A stretch of DNA of 64,000 bases, taken from Pseudomonadota bacterium. Lineage in GTDB: Bacteria > Desulfobacterota > S145-22. Shown piece by piece: positions 17,833 to 27,051 of the stretch; positions within the stretch are counted from its first letter, which is position 1; each line of letters begins with the position of its first letter. Both the position numbers and the translations under genes were made by a program. A model generated the notes under the pieces. That model was not told the DNA's origin, ran no database searches, and was given only the letters and a program-made list of their open reading frames with translations. The stretch is taken from NCBI GenBank assembly GCA_015493505.1, contig WGDA01000153.1, positions 1,962 to 65,961 of the forward strand, written 5' to 3'.

Positions 17833-17976
17833 ATTGTTTTCACCTCCTTTCTTATCGCGGCGTTTGAGAGATAGGGCGCTACCTTCTGCTCAATCGCCTG
17901 TTTTACCTATACACACATCCATTTTTCCGGTGCCTTTCATTCGCGAATGGCCTGACCGTTCAAGGAAGGGCCCGGA

Positions 17977-18678
17977 TTATAACTCCTCTTCCTCCTGCAT
18001 GGCCTGAGAAAAATAGGCAATGGCAAGGAGAACAAAGACAAGGGTTTGAACAACGGACACGAAGATGCCGAGAACCATGACGGGAACAGGCATAAGCAGG
18101 GGAATCAGCAAGAGGACGATTCCCAGGAGAATATGGTCGCCCATCATGTTCCCGAAAAGACGAAGGGACAGGGTCAACGGCCGCGCCAAGTGTCCAATGA
18201 TCTCGATGGGGGTCATCAAGGGAGCCAGCCAGAGAATGGGACCCATGAAGTGTTTCAGATACTTGATGCCATGCGCCTTGAATCCGTAGATCTGATAAAG
18301 GAAAAAGACTGCCAGGGCCATGGCGAGCGTGGTGTTCAGATTGCTGGTGGCCGGCTCGAACCCGGGGACCAGCCCGGACAGGTTGTTGAACAGGATGAAA
18401 AGGATAAGGGGGCCCAGAAAATAGAGGAGGGTGCGTCCCACCTTTCCCATATTTTCCTCTACCAGGGAAACACTCGCTTCGACCATCAGCTCCATAAAGT
18501 TGAGGATGCTGAAATGTTTGTCGGGGACCACATCATCCCCTTTCCTCTTCAGGTTGCGGTATCCCAGCAGGAAAATCACAAACAGGATCAGAAAAACCAA
18601 GACGGCGTTACCCACCTGTTCGGGAAGCTTGTTCAGTCCCGGGATATAGTTGACATACAGAAAGCTGTGATGATCCAT
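17977..18678 (-). CDS. atpB: ATP synthase F0 subunit a
   Basis: 233 aa containing the conserved LSLRLFGNMMGDHILL motif, which carries the essential Arg. Confidence 0.9.
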   Translation of the reverse strand: MDHHSFLYVNYIPGLNKLPEQVGNAVLVFLILFVIFLLGYRNLKRKGDDVVPDKHFSILNFMELMVEASVSLVEENMGKVGRTLLYFLGPLILFILFNNLSGLVPGFEPATSNLNTTLAMALAVFFLYQIYGFKAHGIKYLKHFMGPILWLAPLMTPIEIIGHLARPLTLSLRLFGNMMGDHILLGIVLLLIPLLMPVPVMVLGIFVSVVQTLVFVLLAIAYFSQAMQEEEEL

Positions 18679-19158
18679 CTATCCTTCTCCCTCGCCATTT
18701 ACTCTAAACACCCTGATGACCCCGTCTGTCACGATGCCGAGAACCGACACGGACAACCCTACCAGGAAGGCGATAGGGTTCATCGGTGTGAAATAAATAA
18801 CAAGAGCCACTATAGCCAAAAGGAAAACAAATTTCAAGCCAAATTTTAGGAAGAACCCACCGGTTGGTTTCCCTTTCATCAGAAAAGCCTGCCGGACCAG
18901 CCGCGTAAGCCAGAAAAAATCTACCACCATAATGAGAGCCCCAAGGAAGACGCCCAGAACAACGGTCCAGGACCTAAAAATAATCCCTCCCAGGATGAGA
19001 AACAGGATGCCGTACCCAATTCCAAGATACTGAATGCGCCGGGCGCGGGCGTATTGGCTGCGAAGAAGCTCTTCTTTCTTTTCGTCAGACAAGGGAGGTG
19101 CCGGGCGATTCTCATCCTCTTTGTGCTCCGGAGCCTGAGGTTCATGTGTTTGAGTCAT
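18679..19158 (-). CDS. atpI: ATP synthase protein I (AtpI family)
   Basis: Small hydrophobic protein immediately upstream of atpB. The internal Met (MTQTHEP) is the likely start; the ORF track extends to 19245. Confidence 0.6.
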   Translation of the reverse strand: MTQTHEPQAPEHKEDENRPAPPLSDEKKEELLRSQYARARRIQYLGIGYGILFLILGGIIFRSWTVVLGVFLGALIMVVDFFWLTRLVRQAFLMKGKPTGGFFLKFGLKFVFLLAIVALVIYFTPMNPIAFLVGLSVSVLGIVTDGVIRVFRVNGEGEG

Positions 19159-19417
19159 CTCTTTTCCGATTCTCCTGTTGTTCCCGTTGGTCTTCCCGCA
19201 TGATTCCCTTTGCCAGCCTGAAGAGGCTCTTGAAAGCGGCAACAAGCCCGAAAAGCGTGAAGATGAGCGTCAGCCAGGGGGATGTGTGAAAATGTCGGTC
19301 CAGGTATGTCCCGAACAGGATACCCAGGAAGACACACACCCCCATTTCGAGGCCGACGGTCCCGTATTTTGTGGCCTGTTTGAACCAATTCTCGGATCCT
19401 GGGATCTTGAGTTTCAT
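19142..19417 (-). CDS. atpZ: AtpZ/ATPase_gene1-family small membrane protein
   Basis: 91 aa. The segment GILFGTYLDRHFHTSPWLTLIFTLFGLVAAF matches the AtpZ family. Confidence 0.65.
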   Translation of the reverse strand: MKLKIPGSENWFKQATKYGTVGLEMGVCVFLGILFGTYLDRHFHTSPWLTLIFTLFGLVAAFKSLFRLAKGIMREDQREQQENRKRDDSNT

Positions 19418-19447
19418 CGTGCGGTGAGCGCGGAAAGCCCCTTTTCG

Positions 19448-20731
19448 TTACAATCCCTTCGCGACTTTTCGGACAGCCTCGATGGTGCGGTCCAGGTCTC
19501 CCTTCGTGTGGGCAAGGGAAACGAAGCCCGTCTCAAACTGGGAGGGAGCGATGTAGATACCCTCTTCCAGCAGGCCAGTGAAAACGCGCGCGAACAGGTC
19601 TGTGTCGCTGGACTTGGCCGTGTCGTAATCGGTAACGGGGGTGTCGGTAAAGAAATTGCAGAACATGGACCCGACGCGGTGGGACTGGATGGAGATCCCC
19701 GCGTCGCGATAGGCCTCCGCGACCCCTTTCCCCAGGTAGGCGCCCTTTTCCTCCAGTTGTTCGTAGACGCCCTCTTCCTTCAGAATCCGGAGCGTGGTCA
19801 GTCCCGCCGTGACGGCCAGGGGGTTTCCGGAGAGGGTTCCCGCCTGATACACGGGCCCCAGCGGGGCGAGGGCCTGCATAATATCCGCTTTCCCGCCGAA
19901 GGCGCCCACCGGCAGCCCGCCCCCGATGATCTTGCCCAGACAGGTCATGTCCGGATCGATCCCAAACAGGCCCTGGGCCCCCGTGAGCCCCACGCGAAAT
20001 CCGGTGATGACCTCATCGAAGATCAGCAGGGTCCCATGCCGCCGGGTGATTTCCCTCAGCCCCTCGAGGAATCCCTCCCGGGGCGGAATCATCCCCATGT
20101 TTCCCGCGATGGGTTCCACGATCACGCCCGCGATCTCTTCCGGGTATTGCGCGAACAAGGTCTCCACGGAGGAGAGGTCGTTGAACCGGGCAATGAGGGT
20201 TTCCCGCGCCAGTCCCTCCGGGACCCCCGCGCTGTCCGGTGTTCCGAAGGTCATCCCCCCGGATCCCGCCTTGACGAGCAGGCTGTCCACATGGCCATGA
20301 TAGCAGCCCTCGAACTTGATAATCTTGGACCGCCCCGTGTATCCGCGCGCCAGGCGCAGGGCGCTCATGGTGGCCTCCGTCCCGGAACTGACCATACGGA
20401 CCCAGTCCATGGACGGGACAGCCGCGATGATTTCTTCCGCCATTTCCACCTCGAGGGGGGTAGGGGCGCCATAGCTGGTCCCCCGCCGGGTGGCTTGGTT
20501 CAGGGCTTCCACGACCCTGGGGTGCGCGTGCCCGAGGATCATCGGCCCCCATGAGGCCACATAGTCGATATACGTGTTGCCATCCACATCCGTGATGGTG
20601 GCGCCTTTCGCCTCTTTGATGAAGGGGGGATGACCCCCAACGGACAGGTAGGCCCGCACCGGGCTATTGACTCCCGCGGGGATAATCTTTTTCGCGCGTT
20701 CCATCAGGGCGATTGATGTGTCCAGTTTCAT
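19448..20731 (-). CDS. hemL: Glutamate-1-semialdehyde 2,1-aminomutase
   Basis: Class-III aminotransferase with the GVNSPVRA N-terminal motif. Start is set at the Met preceded by GGAGG; the ORF track extends to 20767. Confidence 0.92.
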   Translation of the reverse strand: MKLDTSIALMERAKKIIPAGVNSPVRAYLSVGGHPPFIKEAKGATITDVDGNTYIDYVASWGPMILGHAHPRVVEALNQATRRGTSYGAPTPLEVEMAEEIIAAVPSMDWVRMVSSGTEATMSALRLARGYTGRSKIIKFEGCYHGHVDSLLVKAGSGGMTFGTPDSAGVPEGLARETLIARFNDLSSVETLFAQYPEEIAGVIVEPIAGNMGMIPPREGFLEGLREITRRHGTLLIFDEVITGFRVGLTGAQGLFGIDPDMTCLGKIIGGGLPVGAFGGKADIMQALAPLGPVYQAGTLSGNPLAVTAGLTTLRILKEEGVYEQLEEKGAYLGKGVAEAYRDAGISIQSHRVGSMFCNFFTDTPVTDYDTAKSSDTDLFARVFTGLLEEGIYIAPSQFETGFVSLAHTKGDLDRTIEAVRKVAKGL

Positions 20732-20798
20732 AATTTTTCCTCCGATAATTTTTTGAGATAACGCCACGAAGGCGATCTGGTGCCTGGGTTCATGGCCT

Positions 20799-21272
20799 TT
20801 ACGTGATGATCTTCAGGCTCTCCTTCTTGAACTCGCGGGTACTGAAGAGGAGTCGATAGCTTGCGATCCCCGTCTTTTCCGAGAGTCTTTTCGCGATACG
20901 TTCGCATGCTTCCTCTGTTTCACCGTGGATCATGGTGTAAAGGTTGTAGGGCCAGTGCGCCACGGGATCCCGCTGGTAGCAGTGGGTGACGTCAGGGTCC
21001 TCCGCCATAAGCCGGCCCACCCGCTTGACCTCCGCTTCCGGGACGCTCCAGACTCCCATGGCGTTTGCCTTGACCCCCGCCTTGCGGTGCCGCAGAATGG
21101 CCCCGACGCGCCGGATGATTCCCCTCGCCATGAGGTCACGAACAATCTTCAGGAGTTCCGGCTCGTCTATGCCGAGGCGTTCAGCGATTTCCGCGTAGGG
21201 ATGTTTGACCAGGGGCAGGTCTCCCTGCAGTTCCCTTAAAACAGCCTTTTCCTTTTCCGTCAGGGGGATCAC
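20799..21272 (-). CDS. AsnC/Lrp-like protein; candidate siroheme decarboxylase subunit (AhbA/AhbB, NirDLGH family)
   Basis: 157 aa with an Lrp-like HTH plus a RAM-like domain. It sits next to hemL, as in alternative heme biosynthesis loci. Confidence 0.5.
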   Translation of the reverse strand: MIPLTEKEKAVLRELQGDLPLVKHPYAEIAERLGIDEPELLKIVRDLMARGIIRRVGAILRHRKAGVKANAMGVWSVPEAEVKRVGRLMAEDPDVTHCYQRDPVAHWPYNLYTMIHGETEEACERIAKRLSEKTGIASYRLLFSTREFKKESLKIIT

Positions 21273-21273
21273 C

Positions 21274-22047
21274 TTACGCCGCCACCACGGGATTGGTGAG
21301 TGAGCCGATTCCTTCGATGGTGATGGTGACCACGTCTCCCGGTTTCATGGGGCCGATGCCGGACGTCGTGCCCGTGGCAATGACATCTCCCGGCAACAGC
21401 GTCATCACCTGGGTGATAAAGGAAACAATCTGCCTGACGGGAAAGATGAGCTGGGCGGTGGTGGTGGACTGGACCACAGTGCCGTTCAGTTCTGTTTTCA
21501 GGGCGAGGTTCGATGGATCCAGCCCCGTGACGAGAAAAGGGCCCATGGGCGCGAAGGTGTCGAAGGATTTAGCCCGCGTCCACTGTTTGTCCTTGTACTG
21601 CAGATCCCTCGCCGTGACATCGTTGAAACAGATATAGCCCGCGATCACGTCTTCGGCGTCTTTCTCTTCAATGTTTTTGGCGCGTTTTCCTATGACGATT
21701 CCCAGCTCGCCCTCGTAATCCACCCGCTGAGAGATGGGGGGAATCACAATGGGGTCGCCCGGTCCGATGACGGCCGTGGAAGGCTTCATGAAAAGGAGTG
21801 GTTCCTCCGGAAGCTTCAGACCCACTTCCTGGGCGTGATCCCGGTAATTGAGGCCCAGCGCGACGATCTTGCTCGGCCGCGCGGGGGGCAGGAGGCAGAC
21901 ATCCGCGAGGGGTAACGTCTTGTCTTCTTCCGCATATCCCGTGAAAGGATCTCCGGAGATGACCTGAATCTCCGAATCACCCATGACTTTGCCCCATCCC
22001 TGGGCTCCCCCGTATTCAAAACGACAAAATCTGCTGATTGCTGCCAT
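21274..22047 (-). CDS. Fumarylacetoacetate hydrolase (FAH)-family hydratase/decarboxylase
   Basis: 257 aa. The conserved FAH core includes YEGELGIVIGKRAKNI, SFDTFAPMGP and LPGDVIATGT. Confidence 0.8.
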   Translation of the reverse strand: MAAISRFCRFEYGGAQGWGKVMGDSEIQVISGDPFTGYAEEDKTLPLADVCLLPPARPSKIVALGLNYRDHAQEVGLKLPEEPLLFMKPSTAVIGPGDPIVIPPISQRVDYEGELGIVIGKRAKNIEEKDAEDVIAGYICFNDVTARDLQYKDKQWTRAKSFDTFAPMGPFLVTGLDPSNLALKTELNGTVVQSTTTAQLIFPVRQIVSFITQVMTLLPGDVIATGTTSGIGPMKPGDVVTITIEGIGSLTNPVVAA

Positions 22048-22187
22048 TCTTTACCCTCCGCCCGTGAAAATTACATGATGGCGGTGAAAAGTCAACTGTG
22101 GCGGCGATGAAAGGCATCCGAAAGGGATGCCGGGGAACATGATCGAAATTTTAATTTTTCAGGGGCAAATAGGGATGGAAATGGTTT

Positions 22188-22305
22188 TTCACGGGATTGC
22201 CCATTTTATCAAACGGGCAGGAAGGATTCTAGAGAAGGTCGTATCATTGTCACGGGTAAAAGCCTCTCCTTCCCCAAAGCACGGCTGAGGGTTTCGGCGC
22301 GGCGG
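22188..22305 (+). repeat. Direct repeat R1 (~118 bp), left boundary of the defense island
   Basis: About 94% identical to 34609-34726 in the same orientation, beginning ttcacgggattgcccattttatcaaacgggcaggaagg. Confidence 0.8.
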
Positions 22306-22381
22306 GTGTGGATTCGGTTCCCTCTGCCATATCAAACGCGGTGAAGTTGAAACCCAAGTCTCCAGATTGCAGTCAGATCAC

Positions 22382-22873
22382 TCATTGTTCAATTGCTTTT
22401 GCTAATTCCATTGCCCTTCCAACTCGGTTTTCGAAAAGAAGGTCCCAGATGTCCAGGCATCGATTGGCAACTTGGCTGTTTCGCTCTCCTTGAGCCTGTT
22501 CATATAACCGCAGAAGAATGGATGATAAATCCGATGCAACAAGGGGATACCAAGAACCAGTGTCGCGGCTTTTTTCTTGGAGGGTTGTGGAAAACACTTC
22601 ACAGACAGCAAAGATCGCATCTGCGACAAGAATGAGGCTTCCTGCAAGATCTTTCAACGACCAGACGAAATGGCCAGGATCGTCTGCAAAGGCTTGTGAG
22701 CTGATATAATCCTTTACAAATGCCGCATATGCCGGATCGTTAATTAAATCTTTGTTTCTGAACATGCCGCGTAACTCGGCCCGGACCCCTTTATCAGGAT
22801 CATTCATGAACCTGCGTAAGAGCATTTGACATTGCTGGGAATATTTCTGGTCCTGCAGCAATGCTGCGGCCAC
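22382..22873 (-). CDS. Hypothetical protein, 163 aa, immediately downstream of and co-oriented with the STAND NTPase gene
   Basis: ORF with no recognisable motifs. A 15-nt gap separates it from the 1381-aa gene. Confidence 0.4.
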   Translation of the reverse strand: MAAALLQDQKYSQQCQMLLRRFMNDPDKGVRAELRGMFRNKDLINDPAYAAFVKDYISSQAFADDPGHFVWSLKDLAGSLILVADAIFAVCEVFSTTLQEKSRDTGSWYPLVASDLSSILLRLYEQAQGERNSQVANRCLDIWDLLFENRVGRAMELAKAIEQ

Positions 22874-22888
22874 GTTGGCGACACCCTT

Positions 22889-25800
22889 TCACTGCGGCAC
22901 GGTTCCCCGGCAGCACACGGCAAACTCTTTTTCAAAAAAACCGTGAAACAGCCACCGGGCCGTGATCTGCCTTGCCCCCTGAAAGGCCACCTCATCCAAG
23001 GAAGACATGGCCATTTGTTGAATAACCGAACCGACCTGATCGATATGGCTTGGAACGGTATAATCGAAAAAGCGTAAAGCCCGTGGAGATGCAGGGACTC
23101 GCAAATCATCCTTACACGCCTCGCAAAACCAATGGACAGCCAAATCTTTGTCAACATTCAGGATAGGTTCAATGGCCTCGATGGCCGCCATTCGCACCAC
23201 CGGGTGAGGGTCACGCACAAGGGACTCAATGCCGGGCCTGACCTGCTCCAGACAGCCGTTACGTTCCTGGAGCAATCGCCCGATTGCGCCAGCGGCCACG
23301 CCACGGACACAGTTGATGGTGTTCTGAAAAAGAACTTCGACCGTAGCCGTAGCTTCGTCACTATTCTTGTTACAATAGAGATTCAAATTGCCTGGTTCCA
23401 GGTCCGGATGGCTTCGGGCATAATGGACCATCCGGGCAATGGTCCTATCCGACCAGGATTCATCGGCCCTCTCCGCGATCAAGCGGCAGAACGACGTGGC
23501 GGTCTCCCGGTCGTCGCCGGATTGGTATCTTTGCAGCACGGCTTCAATGGTTTCAACCCTTGCCGGCTGCCAGGATGCCTTTTCAGATTCAGGCACTTCT
23601 TGTCCTGGCTGCTTTTCCCTCAATCCGTCCAGGATGGCGGAAATATATGCCGGATGGACGTCATCCGGGAACCGCAGGGCAAGCCGGCCGAAGCGTTCCG
23701 GGTACCTCTTGGCGATCCGGGCCAGGCTTGAGGCAAATTGACGAATGGATGTTGTGATCACATAATCCGGATCGACCTGAATCCATTTACCATGATCAGA
23801 CTCAGGGACTTTCTTACTTGTGACGATCTCAAGCCATGCCCGGTCACTGATTTTTTCAAGATTCGTATCGAGTTTGGAACCTATTGTACCACCGGAGATT
23901 CTGCCGCCCCTAAGAAACTGCTCTTTGGGGTAGTTCGCAAATTTTCGTTCCAACAAGCGGATCAAGGCTGCCGTTGCCGGACGAATTCTTTCGGTGTCGA
24001 GCGCAGGCAGCAGAAAATATTGGGTCTTCCCCCAATAATGGCCGAAAAATCCATCCCGCCAGCCTTTCAGATAATGTTTTGCATCTCGTTTTTCTTCCGG
24101 AGCATGGTAATGAACAATGGCCTCTTCAATCTGACGAAATAGTTTCTCGGAACAGTAAGGAGACAGCGCCTTGATGAGCCGCACCGCAGGCATCCACTCA
24201 GGCTCATGATAGCCGGACCCGAGCCGAAACCGGGCAGGATCATGGAGCAGCCAGGATATGCCTGTATCCGCGTGACTGGCAGGCAAATGGGCATAGGCCG
24301 CGATGATGATTTCTTGAACCACGGACGAAAAGCTCCTTTCAAGGAGATCAACCCGCGCTATCAGTTCATCGGGCTGTCCTGATGCCAGAACCTGTCCGGA
24401 CAGGACGAGCAGTTCGACAACACCTCTATCAATATCAGTTTCGTTCCTGGCAAACTGCTCATCCATCCACCTTCGTAACCTTGGATCGTAATAATCGGTC
24501 TGGATGTCAGTCAATCTCTCCACATGAGGCATCAGCAGGTCCCAGGTCTGGGACGGATACCTCTTCACTGCATCGTTCAACGCTTCAAGATCCCGGTCAT
24601 ACCACCGCTCCACCCGGCCTCTTCTGCTTCCGAAGGGCTCCTCGTCATCCACGTTCCAGATGGAAAGCACCGCCTCAATCAACCGGACAGCACGAAGAGG
24701 GTATTTGACACAAAGGCCTTTCCAGTCAACGAAATCCTTCACATATCCGAGCCGGACCAGTTGCAGCCGTAGCTCGAACATCTTTTCGGAATCATCCGCC
24801 TCCCTCCAGCAAAGCGTGTTCAAGACACGGGCAGGCCACTCACCGCCTTTGTCCACAAATGGCGCAAGGATTTCCGTCACCGAGTCGGGGATATGCTCTG
24901 CCACCGAGCGCAGCAGCCACAGGGCAAGGTTGATTTCGTGATCATTTGCCGATTCGAGCCATTTCGAGATGATCCCGGCGTCCAAAAGATAAGCTATCCA
25001 CGGATGGTGTCCCAAAAACACTGTCTCCAGAACATGGTCCTGCCAGTCGGGATCATCAAATAGTTCAAGGAGATAGCTGCCAAGCCCGCCGATAATCTGG
25101 TCCATCTGGCCAATCAGCTCAAGGACTAGGTGCTTGAGGTGAAAACGAACAGCATGTGATTCAAGGAGATCACGGATCGTGTCGAAAAAGACTTCCGGCG
25201 ATTCTTCCGCCAGTATAGCAAGGACCTGGCGCAGTTGCTCGCGCCGAAACAGCGACTGGTTCTGCCTCGGCCCCAGCCAGTCGATCACCGAACCGGTTCC
25301 TTGGTAGAGTTTCTGAAGCAGGCGCTCGGCAATCAGGTGGTCCAAATACCGTTGATGGCAAAAGCTTATTCTTCCCGCACCTTGCTGAAGAATGCCGAAT
25401 GAGATGAAGGCATCCCGCATAACCGGGTCTTTTGCCACCATCGTGGCAGGAGCCGAGAGTTCCCCTCGGCTTTCCATGTAATCGAGCAGTGGAGTCAGGA
25501 AGACATCCATTTGCGCAGCGGAGATTCCTGCTTGCTCCTCAAGAAGCTGGCGGCGGTTTTCCCAGAAGCGGTGCATCAGTTCGGTAGCGGTGCGAAACGT
25601 TGGCGCACTCCCTTCCTTTTTGATCTCCAGACAGATGGCCAGGTTCTGCGGACAGGAAAGAATGCGTTTTTGAGATTCGTTCAGGGCGGCAAAGGCATCG
25701 GGCCCGATGACCTCTTTCAACTGTTCTTCTGGAAACTCCCCAACCGGAACCTTGACAACACCCTGCTCGCTGCTGTCAGCGAATAGCTTCTTGATTTCCG

Positions 25801-27034
25801 GATCGTTTTCCAGATCAAAGGTGCGACAGGCAAAGACGATGATGTTCTGTTTCCCGGTGCGGCGAAGGAACCGAACCTGGCGGAGCAGTTCCTTGCACAC
25901 ATCCATGGCTGAGGAGGAATGGGAGGCGGTCCAGCGGATGGCGTCGAGTTGATCCAGGATGAGAACACATCTTCTGTCAACAGCCAAACCCGCCAGGCAA
26001 TAGGCGGGAGACTCGGGCAGGCCCAAATCATTTCCGAATTGTCTGGCTGTATTCTTGGGAATGCGCCTGTCAAGCCGAATGGGAAGAAAAGGGATACTCT
26101 TTTGGCGAAGATACTCCGCCAGTTCATATAAAACACCGCTCTTCCCGTTTCCCGCTGCCCCATGCACCACCACATCTCGCCCGTTGTTAATGGCTTCAAT
26201 AATCCGGGAGGTCGCCTCCCTGGGGATGATTTCGCTGTTTATCAGGCCGGGGCCGATGGAATCAGAGAACTGTTTTTGCAACTCTTCTACGGCAGGCGCA
26301 ATTCGGGTGTCGTGCTGGAGGCGCTTCGGATAGATTTTGTGACATTCGGCAAGGTGGGTCCGTAAATCATCCGCATAAATGGGTTTGCGGTATTTGTCTT
26401 CGTTTTCGACATAGGTAAGCAGAACAGCAATTGCGGTTTCAGGATCACCGGTCAGAAGGAAGCCGGCCCATGTCAGGAGATCATCCCATGTATTGCGGTC
26501 ATCGGGGAAAAGCTCAATACGGGTGCGCTTGAGATAGTCGAAGGCTTTTTCGAGGTCATCCTCTGTTTGGGGATTAAGGCCAACCGCGTCACAAAAGTCG
26601 TGGAAAATTTTACGACGCTCTTGGCTAATTGCCTGAATTTGAAATTGATAAAAATCCCTTGGGTTATCATCGGAGTTTCTGGCGCTTTCACAGGTATCCG
26701 CAAAGGTGCGCGCCGGGATTGTCGATATAAGTGTGAATTCATTGTTTGGAGCGCGATTCAGATGGTCCTTCAAGTGTCCCAGAATCCCCTTGTTGCGTAA
26801 TAGCGCTATGGACCAGGATGCGCGGCTGCCGCAACGGGCCTTGCACTGCTGCAACTGCCGGACACCATCCTTGTCCACAACCAGCAGATCAACCCCCTGC
26901 TCTTCCGGGCCGATAAGCTCCACAGTGACCGATTGAATCTCCTCGTTCAACAGCCGGAGAAGCTGCCTGGCAACCCACCGGCCCTCATAGCGGTTGCCGA
27001 GCTTTTCCGACATGCCGCCTGGTTCAAAGGCCAT
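22889..27034 (-). CDS. STAND-type P-loop NTPase with N-terminal Mrr-like PD-(D/E)xK nuclease domain and C-terminal HEAT/ARM-like repeats (Avs-like candidate antiviral protein)
   Basis: The N-terminus (VELIGPEEQGVDLLVVDKDG...QQCK) fits a D...(Q/E)xK nuclease core. Walker A is VVVHGAAGNGKSGV and Walker B is RCVLILDQLDAI. The long alpha-helical C-terminus contains HEAT-like PVVRMAAIEAIEPIL. It lies directly downstream of hsdM in the same orientation. Confidence 0.6.
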   Translation of the reverse strand: MAFEPGGMSEKLGNRYEGRWVARQLLRLLNEEIQSVTVELIGPEEQGVDLLVVDKDGVRQLQQCKARCGSRASWSIALLRNKGILGHLKDHLNRAPNNEFTLISTIPARTFADTCESARNSDDNPRDFYQFQIQAISQERRKIFHDFCDAVGLNPQTEDDLEKAFDYLKRTRIELFPDDRNTWDDLLTWAGFLLTGDPETAIAVLLTYVENEDKYRKPIYADDLRTHLAECHKIYPKRLQHDTRIAPAVEELQKQFSDSIGPGLINSEIIPREATSRIIEAINNGRDVVVHGAAGNGKSGVLYELAEYLRQKSIPFLPIRLDRRIPKNTARQFGNDLGLPESPAYCLAGLAVDRRCVLILDQLDAIRWTASHSSSAMDVCKELLRQVRFLRRTGKQNIIVFACRTFDLENDPEIKKLFADSSEQGVVKVPVGEFPEEQLKEVIGPDAFAALNESQKRILSCPQNLAICLEIKKEGSAPTFRTATELMHRFWENRRQLLEEQAGISAAQMDVFLTPLLDYMESRGELSAPATMVAKDPVMRDAFISFGILQQGAGRISFCHQRYLDHLIAERLLQKLYQGTGSVIDWLGPRQNQSLFRREQLRQVLAILAEESPEVFFDTIRDLLESHAVRFHLKHLVLELIGQMDQIIGGLGSYLLELFDDPDWQDHVLETVFLGHHPWIAYLLDAGIISKWLESANDHEINLALWLLRSVAEHIPDSVTEILAPFVDKGGEWPARVLNTLCWREADDSEKMFELRLQLVRLGYVKDFVDWKGLCVKYPLRAVRLIEAVLSIWNVDDEEPFGSRRGRVERWYDRDLEALNDAVKRYPSQTWDLLMPHVERLTDIQTDYYDPRLRRWMDEQFARNETDIDRGVVELLVLSGQVLASGQPDELIARVDLLERSFSSVVQEIIIAAYAHLPASHADTGISWLLHDPARFRLGSGYHEPEWMPAVRLIKALSPYCSEKLFRQIEEAIVHYHAPEEKRDAKHYLKGWRDGFFGHYWGKTQYFLLPALDTERIRPATAALIRLLERKFANYPKEQFLRGGRISGGTIGSKLDTNLEKISDRAWLEIVTSKKVPESDHGKWIQVDPDYVITTSIRQFASSLARIAKRYPERFGRLALRFPDDVHPAYISAILDGLREKQPGQEVPESEKASWQPARVETIEAVLQRYQSGDDRETATSFCRLIAERADESWSDRTIARMVHYARSHPDLEPGNLNLYCNKNSDEATATVEVLFQNTINCVRGVAAGAIGRLLQERNGCLEQVRPGIESLVRDPHPVVRMAAIEAIEPILNVDKDLAVHWFCEACKDDLRVPASPRALRFFDYTVPSHIDQVGSVIQQMAMSSLDEVAFQGARQITARWLFHGFFEKEFAVCCRGTVPQ

Positions 27035-27051
27035 TAAACGATCTCCCTTTC

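Noticed and set aside
22188-22305. Possibility that R1/R2 are att sites derived from the ssrA 3' end
   Set aside because: I compared R with the tmRNA 3' terminal sequence (tggtggaggcggcgggaatcgaacccgc) and found no shared segment. The repeat is not an ssrA fragment.
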